A stretch of DNA of 64,000 nucleotides, from assembly GCF_016433145.1 (NCBI RefSeq), contig NC_058131.1, positions 479,957,186 to 480,021,185 of the forward strand, given 5' to 3'. This document shows, one piece after another, positions 60,083 to 64,000 of the stretch. Numbering within the stretch: position 1 is the stretch's first letter; every line of letters begins with the position of its first letter. This DNA is from Gracilinanus agilis (Eukaryota). Position numbers and translations under genes: made by a program. A model generated the notes under the pieces. The model saw nothing but the letters and a program-made list of their open reading frames with translations. It was not told the origin of the DNA and made no database searches.

Positions 60083-63000
60083 AAAAGGTCATGGAAGAAA
60101 GTCAATCTTTAAAAATTAAAATTGGACAATTAGAAGCTAATGACTTCATGAGACATCAAGAAACAATAAAATCAAAAGGATGAAAAAATAGAAGAAAATA
60201 TGAAATATCTCACTGAATAAACAACTGACCTACAAAATAGATCCAGGAGAGACAGTTTAAGAATTATTAGACTACCTGGAAATTATGACCAAAAAACAAA
60301 AACAAAAACAAAAGCCTGGATATCATATTACAAGTAACTACCAAGACAATTGCTTTGGTATTCTTGAACAAAAGGATAAAATGGAGATTGAAAGAATCCA
60401 CAGATCACCTCCTGCAATAAATCCCCAAATGACACTCCCAGGAGCCAAGTTCAAGAGCTCCCAGGACAAGGGGAAAGTACAAGCAGCCAGAAAGAAACAA
60501 TTCAGATAACAGGGAGCCCCAGTCAGGATTACAGGGAATCTGGCAGCTTCCACACTGAAGGACTAGAAAGCTTGGAATATGATATTTCTGAAGGCAAAGG
60601 AACTGGGGCTAAAACCAAGAATCACCTACCCACCAAACTGACTATATACTTTCAGGGGAAAGTATGGTCATTTAAATCTTCTAAAATAGAAGATTTCCAA
60701 ACATTCCTGAAGAAAAGACCAGACTTAAATATAAAATCTGATGTCCGCATACAATATGCAAGAGAACCCTAAAAAGGTAAATAAGAAAAAGAAAAAATTT
60801 AAGGGCTTCAATAAGGTCAAATTGTTTATATACCTATATGGAAAGATGATATCTGTAACTCTTAAAAATTGTTAACATTATCATAGTAGTTAGAAGAAGA
60901 ATACAGAGACAAAGAGTGTGGAACTAAACTGTTTAGGATGATATATGTAAAAAAAACAGAAGATTGTACTAAGAGAAAAGGAAAGGAAGAAGGAAAATGG
61001 GGTAAACTATATCACATAAAGAGGTGTGTTATAAGGAGGGGAGGATGAGGGTGGTGACAGGTAATACTTAAGCCTTACTTTCATTGGAATTGGTTCAGAG
61101 GGTAAGAGCATCCAGGTTAATTGAGGTGTAGAATCTTATCTTACTCTGTAGAGAGGTAGAAGGGGTATAAGGAAGGGGAGGAGAGTAATATAAGGGAAGG
61201 AAAAGTTGAGGGGGGGGGTAATTAAAAGACCCTTTAGAGAAGTAGGAGGGGAATAAAAAGGGAGGTGGTGGGAAGGAGTAGTAAAATAAGGGAGAGGGAA
61301 GGGGGGAGTTATTATAACCAAAACTGGTGTGGAGGGAAAGAGTGAAAGGAGAAAGGACAAGATGGATTAAATGATGTGATCCAGATGGAGGGGAATATAC
61401 AGATGGTAATCATAACTGTGAATGTGAATGGGATGAACTTCCATAAAGCAGAAGCAGAGAGCAGAGTGGATTAAAAACTAGAATCCTACCATATGTAGTT
61501 TACAAGAAACAAATTTGAGGCAGGTAGACATATACAGAATAAAGGAAAGAGGCTGGAGCAGAATCTTTTGGGCTTCAACTGAGGGGAAAAAAAGGCAGGA
61601 GTAGCGATCATCATCTCAGACAAAATCAAAGCAAAAATAGATTTGATTAAAAGAGATAAGGAAAGTAATTTGTATCTTGATGAAAGGTGGTATAGACAAG
61701 AAGTATCAGTACTCAAAATATATACACCAAATGGAATAGCATCCAGATTTCTAAAGGAGAAACTAGAGGAACTCAAGGAGGAAATAGATAGTAAAACTAT
61801 ACTAGTGGGGGACCTCAACCTTCCCTTATCAGAACTAGATAAATTGAACCAAAAAATAAACAAGAAAGAAGTAAGGGAAGTGAATGCAATTTTAGAAAAA
61901 GATTGACCATGTACTAGGGTGAAAAAGCATCACAAACAAATGCAGAAAAGCAGAAATAACAAACGCAACTTTTTCAGATCATAATGCAATAAAAGTTATA
62001 AATAAAGGTTCATGAAGAGGCAAATTAAAAATTAATTGGAAGCTAAATAATTCTTCAAAAATGGTGGATCAAGGACCAAGTCATAGATCAATCACTGATT
62101 TCATTGAAGAAAATGAAAATGAGGAGACAATGTATCAAAATTTATGGAATATAGCCAAAGCAATAATTGGGAAAATTTATATCCGGGAGTGCTTATAGCA
62201 ACAAAATAGAGAAAAATGAGATCAATGAATTGGTCTTGCGACTAAAAAGACTAGAAAAAGAACAAATTAAAAATTCCCAGATAAAAACTAAGTATAACAA
62301 AAATCAAAGGAGAAATTAATAAAATTGAAAGTAAAAGAACTATTGAACTAATAAATAAGACCAGGAGCTGGTTCTTTGAGAAAAACAAACAAACAACAAC
62401 AAAAAAAAATAAAATAGATAAAGTATTGGTTAATTTGATTTAAAAAAAAAAAGAAAGAAGAGAATCAAATTATCAATATAAAAAATGAAAAGAGTGAATT
62501 CACCACCACTGAAAAGGAAATTAAAGCAATCATTAGAAGCTATTTTACCCAATTATATGTCAGATCTGACAATCTAGGTGAAATGGATAAATGTTTACAA
62601 AAATGTAAATTGTCCAGATTAACAAAAGAGGAAATAGAATACTTAAATAATCCCATCTCAGAAAAAGAAGTTGAACAAATCATCAATGAACTCCCTAGGA
62701 ATAAATCCCCAGGGCCAGATGAATTCAAAAGTGGATTCTATCAAACTTTTAAAGAAAAGCTAATCCCAATACCATACAAGTTATTTGACAAAATAAGCAA
62801 ATAAAGTCTTCCTGAATTCTTTTTATGAAACAAATATGATACTGATGCATAATCCAGGAAGACCAAAAGCAGAGAAAGAAAATTATAGACCAATCTCCTT
62901 AATGAACACAGATGCAAAAATCTTAAATAAAATCCCAGCAAAGAGACTACAACAATATATCACAAGGATTATTCACCATGACCAGGTGGGTTTTGTACCA

Positions 63001-63564
63001 GGAATGCAAGGATGGTTCGATACTAGGAAAACCATATGCATAATTGACCATATCAGTAATCAAACTAACAGAAATCACATGCTTATCTCAATAGATACAG
63101 AAAAAGCCTTTGACAAAATATAACACCCATTCCTATTAAAAGCATAGGAATAAAAGGGCCTTTCCTCAAAATAAAAAGTATTATTTACTTAAGACCAGCA
63201 GCAAATATCATCTGCAATGGGGATAAGTTAGGTGTCTTCCCAATAAGGTCAGGAGTGAAGCAGGGATGCCCATTATCATCACCACTACCATTTAATATTG
63301 TACTAGAAATACTAGCAGTAGCAATTGGAGAAGAAAAAGAAATTGAAGTGATTAAAATATCTAAACTATCACTCTTTGCAGATGATATGTTAGTACACTT
63401 AGAGAATCCTAGGAAATCATCCAAAAAGCTAGTTGAAATAATAACTTTAGCAAAGTTGCAGGGTACAAAATAAACTCACAAAAATCATCAGTATTTCTAT
63501 ATATTAACAACAAAACTCAACAGCAAGAGTTAGAAAGAGAAACTCTATTTAAAAATCACTCTAA

Positions 63565-63743
63565 GGGGCAGCTGGGTAGCTCAGTGGAGTGAGAGTCAGG
63601 CCTAGAGACAGGAGGTCCTGGGTTCAAACCCGGCCTCAGCTACTTCCCAGCTGTGTGACCCTGGGCAAGTCACTTGACCCCCATTGACCACCCTTACCAC
63701 TCTTCCACCTATGAGACAATACACCAAAGTACAAGGGTTAAAA
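63565..63743 (+). mobile_element. Young SINE1_Mdo-like SINE inserted in L1 ORF2
   Basis: ggggcagctgggtagctcagtgg head; flanks aaaatcactcta / aaaaccactcta. Confidence 0.92.
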
Positions 63744-64000
63744 AAAAACCACTCTAGACACAATAAAGTATTTGGGAATCTATCTGCCAAGACAAACACA
63801 GGAATTATATGAACACAACTATAAAACACTTTTCACACAAATAAAACCAGATCTAAACAATTGGAAAAACATTAATTGCTCATGGGTAGGTTGAGATAAT
63901 ATAACAAAAATAACAATCCTACCTAATTTACTGATTCAGTACCATACCTATCAAACTACCAAAAACTATTTCATAGAATTAGAAAAAATAATAACAAAAT

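Larger units (their letters stand above)
58260..64000 (+). mobile_element. Long degraded L1 (5' UTR, ORF1, ORF2), running off the window
   Basis: ORF1 remnants (RDSLRIIRLP, RITGNLAAS); ORF2 start MEGNIQMVIITVNVNGMN at 61385; [38 protein letters not shown]. Confidence 0.95.

Noticed and set aside
1-64000. tRNA, rRNA, snRNA genes, CRISPR arrays or prokaryotic systems
   Set aside because: None seen; tRNA-like A/B boxes belong to SINE heads and the sequence is mammalian.

Overview
AT-rich, CpG-depleted marsupial genomic DNA. The young tRNA-derived SINEs resemble those of the opossum Monodelphis, so this is probably Monodelphis domestica or a close didelphid. There are four N gaps. The only host coding sequence I recognise is the terminal exon of LIN52 (+ strand, 44888-44943, (S)REMTRGKFLNILEKPKK*), followed by a 3' UTR of about 2.1 kb. 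I found no other LIN52 exon, so bases 1-44887 are most simply its long last intron, filled with L2, MIR, L1, CR1/L3, marsupial SINEs, solo LTRs and DNA-transposon MITEs. About 0.8 kb past the distal polyA signal is a complete but degraded class I (gamma-like) provirus at 47888-56896. It has short paired LTRs, a CCTC target-site duplication, a tRNA-Arg-like PBS and gag-pro-pol, but no recognisable env. It carries a nested antisense solo LTR and a SINE. The window ends in a long L1 with nested insertions. The most unusual observations are in the provirus: an unidentified Cys/Lys-rich reading frame where env should be, an apparently hydrophobic non-myristoylated Gag N-terminus, an Asn-rich nucleocapsid tail and a duplicated PPT. 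Repeat family names come from recalled consensus features, not database searches. Boundaries without TSDs are approximate.
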